Source: a virus
IMG/VR virus record: IMGVR_UViG_3300042731_009106
Coordinates: 75,274 to 139,273 of that record
DNA length: 64,000 nucleotides
Reading direction: 5' to 3' (one strand)
In this document: positions 45,197-53,110 of the stretch, one piece after another
Numbering within the stretch: position 1 is the first letter of the stretch
Layout of the letters: every line of letters starts with the position of its first letter
The notes under the pieces: model-generated
What the model was told of the DNA's origin: nothing
The model's database searches: none
The model's input: the letters and a program-made list of their open reading frames with translations, nothing else
Made by a program: the position numbers and the translations under genes

Positions 45197-45564
45197 ATGA
45201 TCAATATTTACTCGATTGGGAAACTTTTGAATTTTATACTCAAGAACTCCATAAGCAAGAGGAGTATAACATAAATCTCATGCGAACAATTCAAACTTTT
45301 ATAGAAAATAATCCTTCTCCTAAGCGCTACCAACGAAAACGCTTATTATCTAGAGCTGATCAATGCTATACAACATTAAGTCATTTATATAAAAAGCAAA
45401 TTGACTCGGTTGATTCATTAATTGAGCATCATAAAGATGACTCTACTGTTCCTGATGAATTTAAAATTGAGCCACATACTTTGTATGCTTTACGCAATTT
45501 AACATTTACTCTCATTGAGCAAATCAAAAAAGAAAACAAACAAATCAAAAAACTACTATCTTAA
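45193..45564 (+). CDS. hypothetical protein
   Basis: 123 aa, helical. Confidence 0.6.
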   Translation: MNDQYLLDWETFEFYTQELHKQEEYNINLMRTIQTFIENNPSPKRYQRKRLLSRADQCYTTLSHLYKKQIDSVDSLIEHHKDDSTVPDEFKIEPHTLYALRNLTFTLIEQIKKENKQIKKLLS

Positions 45565-45566
45565 TT

Positions 45567-45818
45567 ATGCCATATATACCATCATCAGAAAAAAACAAAG
45601 TTGATCAAGATAATTTAATTCAAAATGCAGGTCAATTTAATTATGCATTAAATCAAGTTATCTCGATTTACATTGAACAAAATGAATTGAATTATCAAAC
45701 TTGCAACGATATCATAGGAGCAATGGAATGCGCCAAAATGGAATTATATCGTAGATTGGTTGCTCCTTATGAAGATAAAAAAATATTACAAAACGGAGAC
45801 GTAAAGCCTTACAAATAA
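45567..45818 (+). CDS. conserved phage protein (DUF6899-like)
   Basis: MPYI..GQFNYA..NDIIGAMECAKMELYRRLVAPYEDKKI..NGDV. Confidence 0.7.
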   Translation: MPYIPSSEKNKVDQDNLIQNAGQFNYALNQVISIYIEQNELNYQTCNDIIGAMECAKMELYRRLVAPYEDKKILQNGDVKPYK

Positions 45819-45841
45819 AAAAGCCCCCAATTTCGAGGGCT
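45817..45841 (-). terminator. intrinsic terminator between convergent genes
   Basis: On the minus strand AGCCCTC-GAAATT-GGGGGCT followed by TTTTT. Confidence 0.65.
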
Positions 45842-45866
45842 AGTTTATTTTAGCAAGGTATGGTTA

Positions 45867-46238
45867 CTAGCAATTCATTGTAACTTCGCCATTATCGTCA
45901 TCCCAACTTCCATTAAGAAACTTTTCAGCAGTTTTGTATTCATCTGAATCTGAGTTTAAGCTATCTTTGTAATCTTGTATTTGACCTCTAATCCCGGCAG
46001 AATAAGGAGTTGGGCCTAAGTTATCAAAACAAGACCCTTTATCTAACTTTTCTACAGGAACAATTAGCGGGCAATTTGGGTCATTTAAAAAGTTTTCTAA
46101 ATGTCTATGAAATGCATTAGCTGCATTAAAACCTTCAGCTTCTAAAGCTGCTCTGGTTGCACTACTAATTTGAGGCGGACATGAGGCAAAATCGTCCTTA
46201 TACCTTTCACGTTGAGCATTGTTTTGTATCGTTGTCAT
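45867..46238 (-). CDS. hypothetical protein
   Basis: 123 aa; GTGTA motif 9 nt upstream. Confidence 0.65.
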   Translation of the reverse strand: MTTIQNNAQRERYKDDFASCPPQISSATRAALEAEGFNAANAFHRHLENFLNDPNCPLIVPVEKLDKGSCFDNLGPTPYSAGIRGQIQDYKDSLNSDSDEYKTAEKFLNGSWDDDNGEVTMNC

Positions 46239-46281
46239 ATTTATTTATACACAAGTTTATTATATTGTGTAATTCATCTTC

Positions 46282-46476
46282 ATGAATGAAAAACAATTAC
46301 AACTTGCATTAATTAAAAAAGATAGGCAAATTTCCGACTTATATGCATTAATTGACACCCTGCAAACCAACTTGAGAACGGCTACCAGCTATTTGTCTGA
46401 AAAAGATAAATCTGAAGTAGTTAATGTTCAAAGTTATAAATGGTGCATGAATTGGCGTCAAGGTGACGAAATTTAG
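46282..46476 (+). CDS. small hypothetical protein
   Basis: 64 aa; GTGTA motif 10 nt upstream. Confidence 0.6.
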   Translation: MNEKQLQLALIKKDRQISDLYALIDTLQTNLRTATSYLSEKDKSEVVNVQSYKWCMNWRQGDEI

Positions 46477-46478
46477 TC

Positions 46479-46507
46479 TTGAATAATTCATTTTTTTAAG
46501 TTATAAT
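46479..46507 (+). promoter_or_regulatory. sigma70-type promoter, near-leaderless
   Basis: TTGAAT, N17, TATAAT (46502-07); ATG 46515. Confidence 0.7.
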
Positions 46508-46514
46508 ATAGGTT

Positions 46515-47060
46515 ATGTACAATTACCTAATTGACCATAATAAAGAGTTCATTTATTACGTCACCCCAAAATGCGCTTCAAGGACATTTTTTGACATCCT
46601 TAATTTTAAAGGTGGTGAAGAAAGACCTCTTAGCCTCAAACATGAAGAGTATTTTTCTTGGACTTTTGTGCGCAATCCTTATGCTAGAGTTGTATCTGCA
46701 TATCAAAATAAAGTTGTCGATAAATTTCAAAGTGGTTTAGATGAATTTAGGCACTTAACTTCTTTTGAAGATTTTGTTCAAGCGATAAGTAAAATTGATA
46801 TAAATAAAGCTGATCGACACATTCGACCAATGAACACTTTTTTTCCAGAGTCCATTAGTTATGTAGGTAAACTAGAAAACTTAAATTCTGACTTTGATTT
46901 TATTTGTGATAAAATTAATCTACCAAAAGTAAACTTACCTCATTTAAATAAAAGTTTAAGCAAAGACTACACAGAGTATTACAATACAGAAACTCAATCA
47001 ATAGTCAACAAAATATATAGCAAAGATTTAGATATTTTTAAATATTCTTACGGAGATTAG
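46515..47060 (+). CDS. sulfotransferase family 2
   Basis: VTPKCASRT; VRNPYARVVSAY; DRHIRP; VGKLENL. Confidence 0.85.
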   Translation: MYNYLIDHNKEFIYYVTPKCASRTFFDILNFKGGEERPLSLKHEEYFSWTFVRNPYARVVSAYQNKVVDKFQSGLDEFRHLTSFEDFVQAISKIDINKADRHIRPMNTFFPESISYVGKLENLNSDFDFICDKINLPKVNLPHLNKSLSKDYTEYYNTETQSIVNKIYSKDLDIFKYSYGD

Positions 47061-47065
47061 ATTTT

Positions 47066-47821
47066 ATGGGTAAAGGTATCTCAATAGCTTTCATTACTTC
47101 AGTATTTGGATACAATGGCAATGACCCTAAAAAATTTGAAAAAATTAAAGGGGCTCAATATTTTTTATTTACAGATAGGCCTGAATCTAGCTTCGATACT
47201 GATTGGGAAATCATTAATGTTGCAGGTATCCTAGATATTGCTAATTTAGATTGCAATGTAAAAAAATCTAGATATTGCAAATTTATGGGCTGGAGTGTGC
47301 TAGAGGCAATGGGTGGCGTTTTTGATTATGTTTATTATTGCGATGTTCATTTAAGCCCAAATCATCATTTAAATTGGCCAGAGCTTTCCAAATACATATC
47401 TCATCATGATTTTCCCTTTACTCAAGATGTCCATATTGATCCCGAAATAAGAAAAAAAGGAATCAAACAAGAACTTAAAGCAATAATCAAACATGAACGA
47501 GATACTGTAGAGCAAGTTGACAAAACAACACGATATCTTGAAAAATGGTTTCCAGATGTAGACTTAGATTCTCCTAAGTTTTTTCAAAATACTGTTTTTG
47601 GCTACGAATATCAATCCAAATTAGTAAGGCTTATTTTTGCAACATTTTGGGGACATTACTCAAGAAATGACATTACCTTCAGAGATCAACCATTATGGAA
47701 TGCTATTTTAAAGAAATATAAACTAATACCCTTTCACAAAGTCAAACTCCTAAATCGTTTTTTTGTTAAAACAGGCCTTTATGGTAAACATGGCTTAAGA
47801 GGTTTTGACGATGAAGATTAG
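47066..47821 (+). CDS. DUF616/TOD1-MUCI70-like glycosyltransferase
   Basis: TSVFG, YFLFTD, SRYCK, YCD, RDQPLWN. Confidence 0.6.
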   Translation: MGKGISIAFITSVFGYNGNDPKKFEKIKGAQYFLFTDRPESSFDTDWEIINVAGILDIANLDCNVKKSRYCKFMGWSVLEAMGGVFDYVYYCDVHLSPNHHLNWPELSKYISHHDFPFTQDVHIDPEIRKKGIKQELKAIIKHERDTVEQVDKTTRYLEKWFPDVDLDSPKFFQNTVFGYEYQSKLVRLIFATFWGHYSRNDITFRDQPLWNAILKKYKLIPFHKVKLLNRFFVKTGLYGKHGLRGFDDED

Positions 47822-47840
47822 TAATTTAACATAAAAAGTA

Positions 47841-48746
47841 ATGTACATAATATTAGGAAAAAACGGATATATAGCAGAAGCTATAACAAAAGAATTAAAG
47901 TCACGCGATTTACCTCATATCGCGCTTAGTCGCACAGATGTAGATTATACAAATATGAAAATTTTTGATAATTGGCTATCAAATACTGTATACAAAAAAA
48001 CAGTGAAACATCATAATGTTTCTATCATTAATTGCGCGGGATATATCGGTAAACCAAATGTGGATGCTTGCGAGCTAAATAAAGCAGATACAGTTGAAGG
48101 TAATGTAATATTCCCTGCAATGCTTTCGCAACTTTGTGCAAATAAAGGATATTTATATACTCATATTTCTTCGGGATGTATTTATGGCGGGTATGAAAAA
48201 GATTTCACAGAAGAAGATGCGCCTAATTTTGACTTTCAAAATGGTAGTTTTTATAGTGGGACAAAAGCTCTTGCAGAAAAAATTGTAAAACAAAATGTAC
48301 CAAAGAGTTATATTTTTAGATTACGCATACCATTTGATGAATTTGAGTCTCCACGTAATTACTTGACTAAATTATTATCTTATGACATGCTTCTAGATGC
48401 GCGTAACTCTCTTTCTCATCGTGCAGATTTCGCAAAATACACAATTGACTTAATCGAGAAAAAAGTTCCATTTGGGATTTACAATGTGACAAATAAAGGT
48501 AGTGTTACTACCAAAGAAGTTGTAGAACTCATGAAATGCCATTTGCGCGACAACTTAGCTTTCAAAATGCCAGATAAAGAGTTTAAATTCTTCAGTAAGT
48601 TAGATAATTTCATGCAAGAGGTTACTGCTCCTCGCTCGAATTGTGTTCTTGACACATCAAAAATTGAAAAATATATTCCCATCAGAACTGCACAAGATGC
48701 ACTCAAAGATGCTCTATCTAAATATGTAATTCAAAAAGATTTATGA
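47841..48746 (+). CDS. NDP-4-keto-6-deoxyglucose reductase (RmlD-like, UER1/NRS-ER type)
   Basis: ILGKNGYIA, INCAGYIGKPNVDACE, SSGCIY, FYSGTK (YxxxK), RLRIPF. Confidence 0.85.
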   Translation: MYIILGKNGYIAEAITKELKSRDLPHIALSRTDVDYTNMKIFDNWLSNTVYKKTVKHHNVSIINCAGYIGKPNVDACELNKADTVEGNVIFPAMLSQLCANKGYLYTHISSGCIYGGYEKDFTEEDAPNFDFQNGSFYSGTKALAEKIVKQNVPKSYIFRLRIPFDEFESPRNYLTKLLSYDMLLDARNSLSHRADFAKYTIDLIEKKVPFGIYNVTNKGSVTTKEVVELMKCHLRDNLAFKMPDKEFKFFSKLDNFMQEVTAPRSNCVLDTSKIEKYIPIRTAQDALKDALSKYVIQKDL

Positions 48747-49528
48747 ATCCTTTGGATTTGCATAATCAAAATACAGGTAAAACTATCAACGAGCGGATAC
48801 AATGGTCTATGGCTCATGCTAGACTACCTTTAAAAAAGTACTGCACAGATAAAATCAAATGCAAGCAATATATTAAAGATAAATTAGGAGAAGGTTTTAC
48901 GGCTAAACTTTTAGCTTCTGCAGATAATGTTGATACTCTTCGGTCAATTATATCAAAATCCGAAAATCATCCTAATAATTTTATATTAAAAGCCAATAAT
49001 GATTCAGGCGGAACTACTTTCATTAAAGATAAAAAAATCTCAAAAGATCAACAATCATTAATTGAGAAATATAAAAATAACATATATGAGGGGTTTTTTC
49101 AAGGTGAGTGGTTTTATTCAGGCATAGAATATAAATGTTTTTCTGAAGAATTATTGGGTAATAATTTAACTGACTACAAATTTCATTGCGCTGGAGGTTC
49201 ACCAAGGTTTGCAAATATTGTCAAAGATAGAAATATTAACTCTATAAATCACATTCATGTTGATATGGAAGGTCAAGCTTTAAACTTTGAATTAGAATCT
49301 TCAATCCCACTTTCCAAAACATTTATAAAGCCATCTAACTGGGAGTTAATGAAATTAGTTGCCAAGGTATTATGTCAAGATTTTGATTACGTTAGGGTTG
49401 ATTTATTTAATACAGATTTACATGATTGTTCTGACAAATCAATTTTTGTATCCGAATTAACCTTTGCTCCAATGAGAGGACATCATTGCGGTTCTGGTCA
49501 AACAGAGGCTGGCAGATTAATTTCTTGA
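48743..49528 (+). CDS. TupA-like ATP-grasp amide ligase
   Basis: TDKIKCKQYI, FILKANNDSG, DYKFHC, DYVRVDLF, SELTFAP. Confidence 0.85.
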   Translation: MNPLDLHNQNTGKTINERIQWSMAHARLPLKKYCTDKIKCKQYIKDKLGEGFTAKLLASADNVDTLRSIISKSENHPNNFILKANNDSGGTTFIKDKKISKDQQSLIEKYKNNIYEGFFQGEWFYSGIEYKCFSEELLGNNLTDYKFHCAGGSPRFANIVKDRNINSINHIHVDMEGQALNFELESSIPLSKTFIKPSNWELMKLVAKVLCQDFDYVRVDLFNTDLHDCSDKSIFVSELTFAPMRGHHCGSGQTEAGRLIS

Positions 49529-49671
49529 TGTGCAATATATATATTTTTTGCGAAGGAGGCTTGGGTAACAGAATTAATACCCTAATTAATGGCTTATTTT
49601 TATCTACAGAACTTAATAGAAAACTTATTTTAATTTGGCCTCAAACTAATTGCAAAACTTTTAAAGTGTAA
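49528..49671 (+). pseudogene. 47-aa N-terminal remnant of a fucosyltransferase-like gene
   Basis: CEGGLGNRINTLINGL..LNRKLILIW, then a TAA lying inside the downstream GTGTAA promoter motif. Confidence 0.5.
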
Positions 49672-49679
49672 TATAATGC

Positions 49680-50219
49680 GTGGAACTTTGCAATAATACA
49701 CCAGCAATCAAATGTTTTTTAAGGAGAGAATTCGTCTCCAACTCTGAAGATATACCCGATCATTTAAATTGTGTAATTTTCGGCGTTCATACAATCAAAA
49801 ATCAAGCTATGACATTTGTAGCTATGATTGAAAATGGCGCAGTATATACCAAGCTACCCTTACATGCCTTTTGTTGGCTCAAGGAAGCTCCACAAAGAGA
49901 TTTGTCATTCTTAATGACTTATGACTCATTTAGCTACTCAAACAGCGTTATTGAATACGATTATCTCAAATATATGAATTGTAAGTTTTTTGATGAAAAT
50001 AAAGAATTTCATCATGGTCAATATATGTTTACCCTAGAGCCTTATGGTTCAGATCGTGCAGAAGACCCAAAGTTTTATAAACCATTTCATTTTATAAAAT
50101 TAAACGAGGGCAATTTTGCCGCACAACCAACAAATAAGATCATATGGGATGACCATATAGTAAATGATAGTGTAAAATTTATACCTAAACCCAACACGGA
50201 AATATATAACGTAGAATAG
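49680..50219 (+). CDS. conserved phage hypothetical protein
   Basis: CVIFGV..ENGAVY.KLP..AF, GQYMFT, GNFAAQPTNKIIW; GTGTA motif 9 nt upstream of the GTG. Confidence 0.65.
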   Translation: MELCNNTPAIKCFLRREFVSNSEDIPDHLNCVIFGVHTIKNQAMTFVAMIENGAVYTKLPLHAFCWLKEAPQRDLSFLMTYDSFSYSNSVIEYDYLKYMNCKFFDENKEFHHGQYMFTLEPYGSDRAEDPKFYKPFHFIKLNEGNFAAQPTNKIIWDDHIVNDSVKFIPKPNTEIYNVE

Positions 50220-50236
50220 AAACTTACAAATATTAA

Positions 50237-50830
50237 ATGAAAATTGCAACAATAGGCAGTTGTCAAGCAATGGCGCTAAATTGGTATGTACATAGATTGC
50301 TGCCAGATTCTGAATGTAAATGGGTATCACCTGAATTATTTCAATTTTGGGGAAATAAGCCCCAATACACTTCAACAAAAAGTATGTGGCAATCTCAAGC
50401 AAATCATAATATTTTTAATACGGATGAAGGTATTGATTATATAAAATCAGCAGATTATATTGTTTATCAAAAAATAAAACCTTCAACATCTGCTTCATTC
50501 AACTATGAGAAAATTGAATCCTATACAAAACCTTCAGCTCAAGTAGTATCGTTAACATATATTCATTACGATAAAAGTGCAAGTGATCCACTACAAGGAA
50601 TGGTCGAACGAGAAGAACTTCTTTCACCTGATATTAGAATCAGTAAATTAATTTCAGAACACCCTGATCGTGAAAATTTTAAATTTAATGCGAAAGGCAC
50701 ACATTGCAATTCAGTTGTATTTCTTGAGATATTGAGGGAAATATGTGAAAATTTTAATTGGGCTTTTTTCAACGACGAGCAATATATTAAAATTCAGGAA
50801 AAATATTACCCTTTTGGGGAAAACCTATGA
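50237..50830 (+). CDS. WcbI-like protein, paralogue of 44407..44967
   Basis: IATIGSCQAMALNWY; ADYIVYQ; YYPFG. Confidence 0.55.
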   Translation: MKIATIGSCQAMALNWYVHRLLPDSECKWVSPELFQFWGNKPQYTSTKSMWQSQANHNIFNTDEGIDYIKSADYIVYQKIKPSTSASFNYEKIESYTKPSAQVVSLTYIHYDKSASDPLQGMVEREELLSPDIRISKLISEHPDRENFKFNAKGTHCNSVVFLEILREICENFNWAFFNDEQYIKIQEKYYPFGENL

Positions 50831-50842
50831 CCAACACAAATC

Positions 50843-51637
50843 ATGCAAATATTCTACGACCACGTTATTTCTAAACAAGCTGACACAGACTTTAATTATA
50901 CTCTTATTTCTGCTTGGGTTGATAGTGGTGAAGAGGATGAAGCTCTAGCTACGGGTTGGTTGCCTACATATTTCTATACCGATGATTGTGAATTTGCGAA
51001 AGAGAGTGAGTCAAATAAGCGTCAAATTTGGTGTCAATTAAGAAGCACAAGAATCGAGTGTGAAAAGTTTCGTGCAAAAAGTAAACATTTAAAAGCATTA
51101 AAATTGCAAAACTTTAAGTATCAAATAATAAAACAAAAAGACATTTATGGAGATTTGAATGTCTTATCTACCCTTTACCAAATATACAACAAATATGTAA
51201 CTTACAAAAATTACAAAGACATACTAGATAAAGATGGTTTTATTAAACATATAATTGATGATAGTAGTCATTTTATTTTATTTATGATTGACGATAGAAT
51301 TGTAGCTTGTACCGCAATGCAACAATTTGGCAATAGTTTTGTTTCGGGCTTGTTTTTTTGGGATTACGCAAATAAAGAGCTATCATTAGGCAATTTATCT
51401 AATCATCTTGAAGTTGAACTTTCAAGAGAGTATGGTTTCAAATACCTATATATCGGTGTGTATAGCGAGATACCTTCCCAATACAAATCTTACATCAAAG
51501 GAGTACAGGTTTGGACAGGAAGAAAATGGATGTCAAATAAACGACAATTAATAAATATTGCACAGAATGATTCAAATAGTAATACATTAGAAGATTTTGT
51601 AGATTATAATAAATTTCAAAAACTATTAGAATTTTAA
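50843..51637 (+). CDS. ATE/Bpt-like aminoacyl-tRNA-protein transferase
   Basis: GW..STRI N-terminal part; YNKY; FFWDY..LSLGNLS..EVELSREYGFKYLYIG..YK (ATE_C signature). Confidence 0.75.
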   Translation: MQIFYDHVISKQADTDFNYTLISAWVDSGEEDEALATGWLPTYFYTDDCEFAKESESNKRQIWCQLRSTRIECEKFRAKSKHLKALKLQNFKYQIIKQKDIYGDLNVLSTLYQIYNKYVTYKNYKDILDKDGFIKHIIDDSSHFILFMIDDRIVACTAMQQFGNSFVSGLFFWDYANKELSLGNLSNHLEVELSREYGFKYLYIGVYSEIPSQYKSYIKGVQVWTGRKWMSNKRQLINIAQNDSNSNTLEDFVDYNKFQKLLEF

Positions 51638-52231
51638 GTGATTTTATCTCATAAATATAATTTTATTTTTATCGCAATCCCCAAGACTGGAACAACAAGT
51701 GTGCAAAGAAGGTTTGAATTAATGAACCTAGAAGGTACAAATATATGTAATACTAGAGAGCCTAACTTAACACAACCAAAACCACTTTTCACCAAACATA
51801 TACCTGCTATAGAACTTAAACAAAAATGTGAAAAATTTGACCAATATTTTAAGTTTTCATTTGTGAGAAATCCATATGCTAGAGCCGTATCTTGGGTTTT
51901 TTATCATTTAAGAAATGAAAATTATGATTTAGAAAATTATTCTTTCAGCGAACTAATTTTAAGATGTCCACATTGGATATGGTATCCTCAACATAGGTGG
52001 ATATATTCAAATGGTAATAATTTAATGAATTTTGTAGGAAAAATAGAAAGCCTTCAACAAGATTTCAACATCGTCTGCGACAAAATCGGAATCCCACAAC
52101 AAAAACTGCCACACATCAATAAAAGTAACCACAAACATTATACGGAATACTATGATAATGAAACTCGAAAAATGGTGTCAGAAAGGTATGCGGAGGATAT
52201 TGAGTTTTTTGGGTATAAATTTGGCGAATAG
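51638..52231 (+). CDS. sulfotransferase family 2
   Basis: IAIPKTGTTSV; VRNPYARAVS; FVGKIESLQQDF; LPHINKS. Confidence 0.88.
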   Translation: MILSHKYNFIFIAIPKTGTTSVQRRFELMNLEGTNICNTREPNLTQPKPLFTKHIPAIELKQKCEKFDQYFKFSFVRNPYARAVSWVFYHLRNENYDLENYSFSELILRCPHWIWYPQHRWIYSNGNNLMNFVGKIESLQQDFNIVCDKIGIPQQKLPHINKSNHKHYTEYYDNETRKMVSERYAEDIEFFGYKFGE

Positions 52232-52426
52232 CCTAAAATATAATAATTAATTTAATTAACATAAAACAGACTTCCATTATTGCTTCGCGCTCAAGAAAGA
52301 ATAGTAATAAGGTAACAATCCAATACCAATCTTTTTGCACTTAATTATTGCTTAAAAGAATTGTCATCATTGAACCCGCTAGAGCCAAATAAAGAAACAC
52401 TTGCCAAATCTCTGTGAATAATTCCA

Positions 52427-52684
52427 TTATTTAAAAATTTTTTCGTAAATTTTAATTACATCTTGCCTACGATCTTCAAGTAGTTTTGATATTTGCGCCC
52501 ATCGCTCTTCGTCCCTTGCTTCATTTTTTGCTAATTTTATTTCAATATTTCTCACATCATCACTTAACTTGCTAATTTTTGAACTCTCCTTTTTCAAATA
52601 AAAGGCAATAATTGAAACCATTGCTCCAATTACCAATAAGACAATCTCTTTAATTTCCATCGTCATTCCCCTTTTGCTTGACAC
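52427..52684 (-). CDS. small membrane-anchored coiled-coil protein
   Basis: MEIKEIVLLVIGAMVSIIAFYL followed by a coiled coil; minus-strand GTGTA motif at 52722-26. Confidence 0.55.
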   Translation of the reverse strand: MSSKRGMTMEIKEIVLLVIGAMVSIIAFYLKKESSKISKLSDDVRNIEIKLAKNEARDEERWAQISKLLEDRRQDVIKIYEKIFK

Positions 52685-52778
52685 AATATCGTTGATTTGA
52701 TACCTTTCATATACATAAAATTACACTTTTTTCATTTTTTTCTTTTCTTTTGCCTCAACCAATGTCACTATAAGAGGT

Positions 52779-53075
52779 ATGCAAGTTCCAAGACACTCCA
52801 AAAAAAGATTGATAGAACGCTTTGGGTTTGACCCAAAACCTAGCGATATGAGAGCTATGAGAAAAATGGTACTCAGAGGCAAATACAAAAGCCTTGAATC
52901 GGTAGATGGTTATACTCGCAAGCCCCACACTATACTAGGTGAATTGACCTACAAGGGGGTTAGGGTAGCATTTTCGTTTCATATATTTGCAAATAATTTT
53001 GTTACATTTATGAAGCCCCCAAGAACAGAAAACAGAGGTCTTCATGTTTCTTTGGGGGATTTTTGGAAAAATTGA
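52779..53075 (+). CDS. small basic protein, possible BECR/DUF4258-like RNase fold
   Basis: VPRHSKKRLIERF N-terminus; VTFM near the C-terminus. Confidence 0.3.
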   Translation: MQVPRHSKKRLIERFGFDPKPSDMRAMRKMVLRGKYKSLESVDGYTRKPHTILGELTYKGVRVAFSFHIFANNFVTFMKPPRTENRGLHVSLGDFWKN

Positions 53076-53104
53076 TTGACAAAGGTTAAATTTTTTGCAA
53101 TATT
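53076..53104 (+). promoter_or_regulatory. sigma70-type promoter, leaderless for uvsE
   Basis: TTGACA, N17, AATATT; predicted +1 is the second ATG at 53111. Confidence 0.6.
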
Positions 53105-53110
53105 ATGAGC

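Noticed and set aside
34536-49671. The GGLGNR fragment (49528) and the HLRLGD domain (34536) as two halves of a split fucosyltransferase
   Set aside because: They are 14 kb apart on opposite strands; the 47-aa piece is too short for a domain, and truncation explains it more simply.
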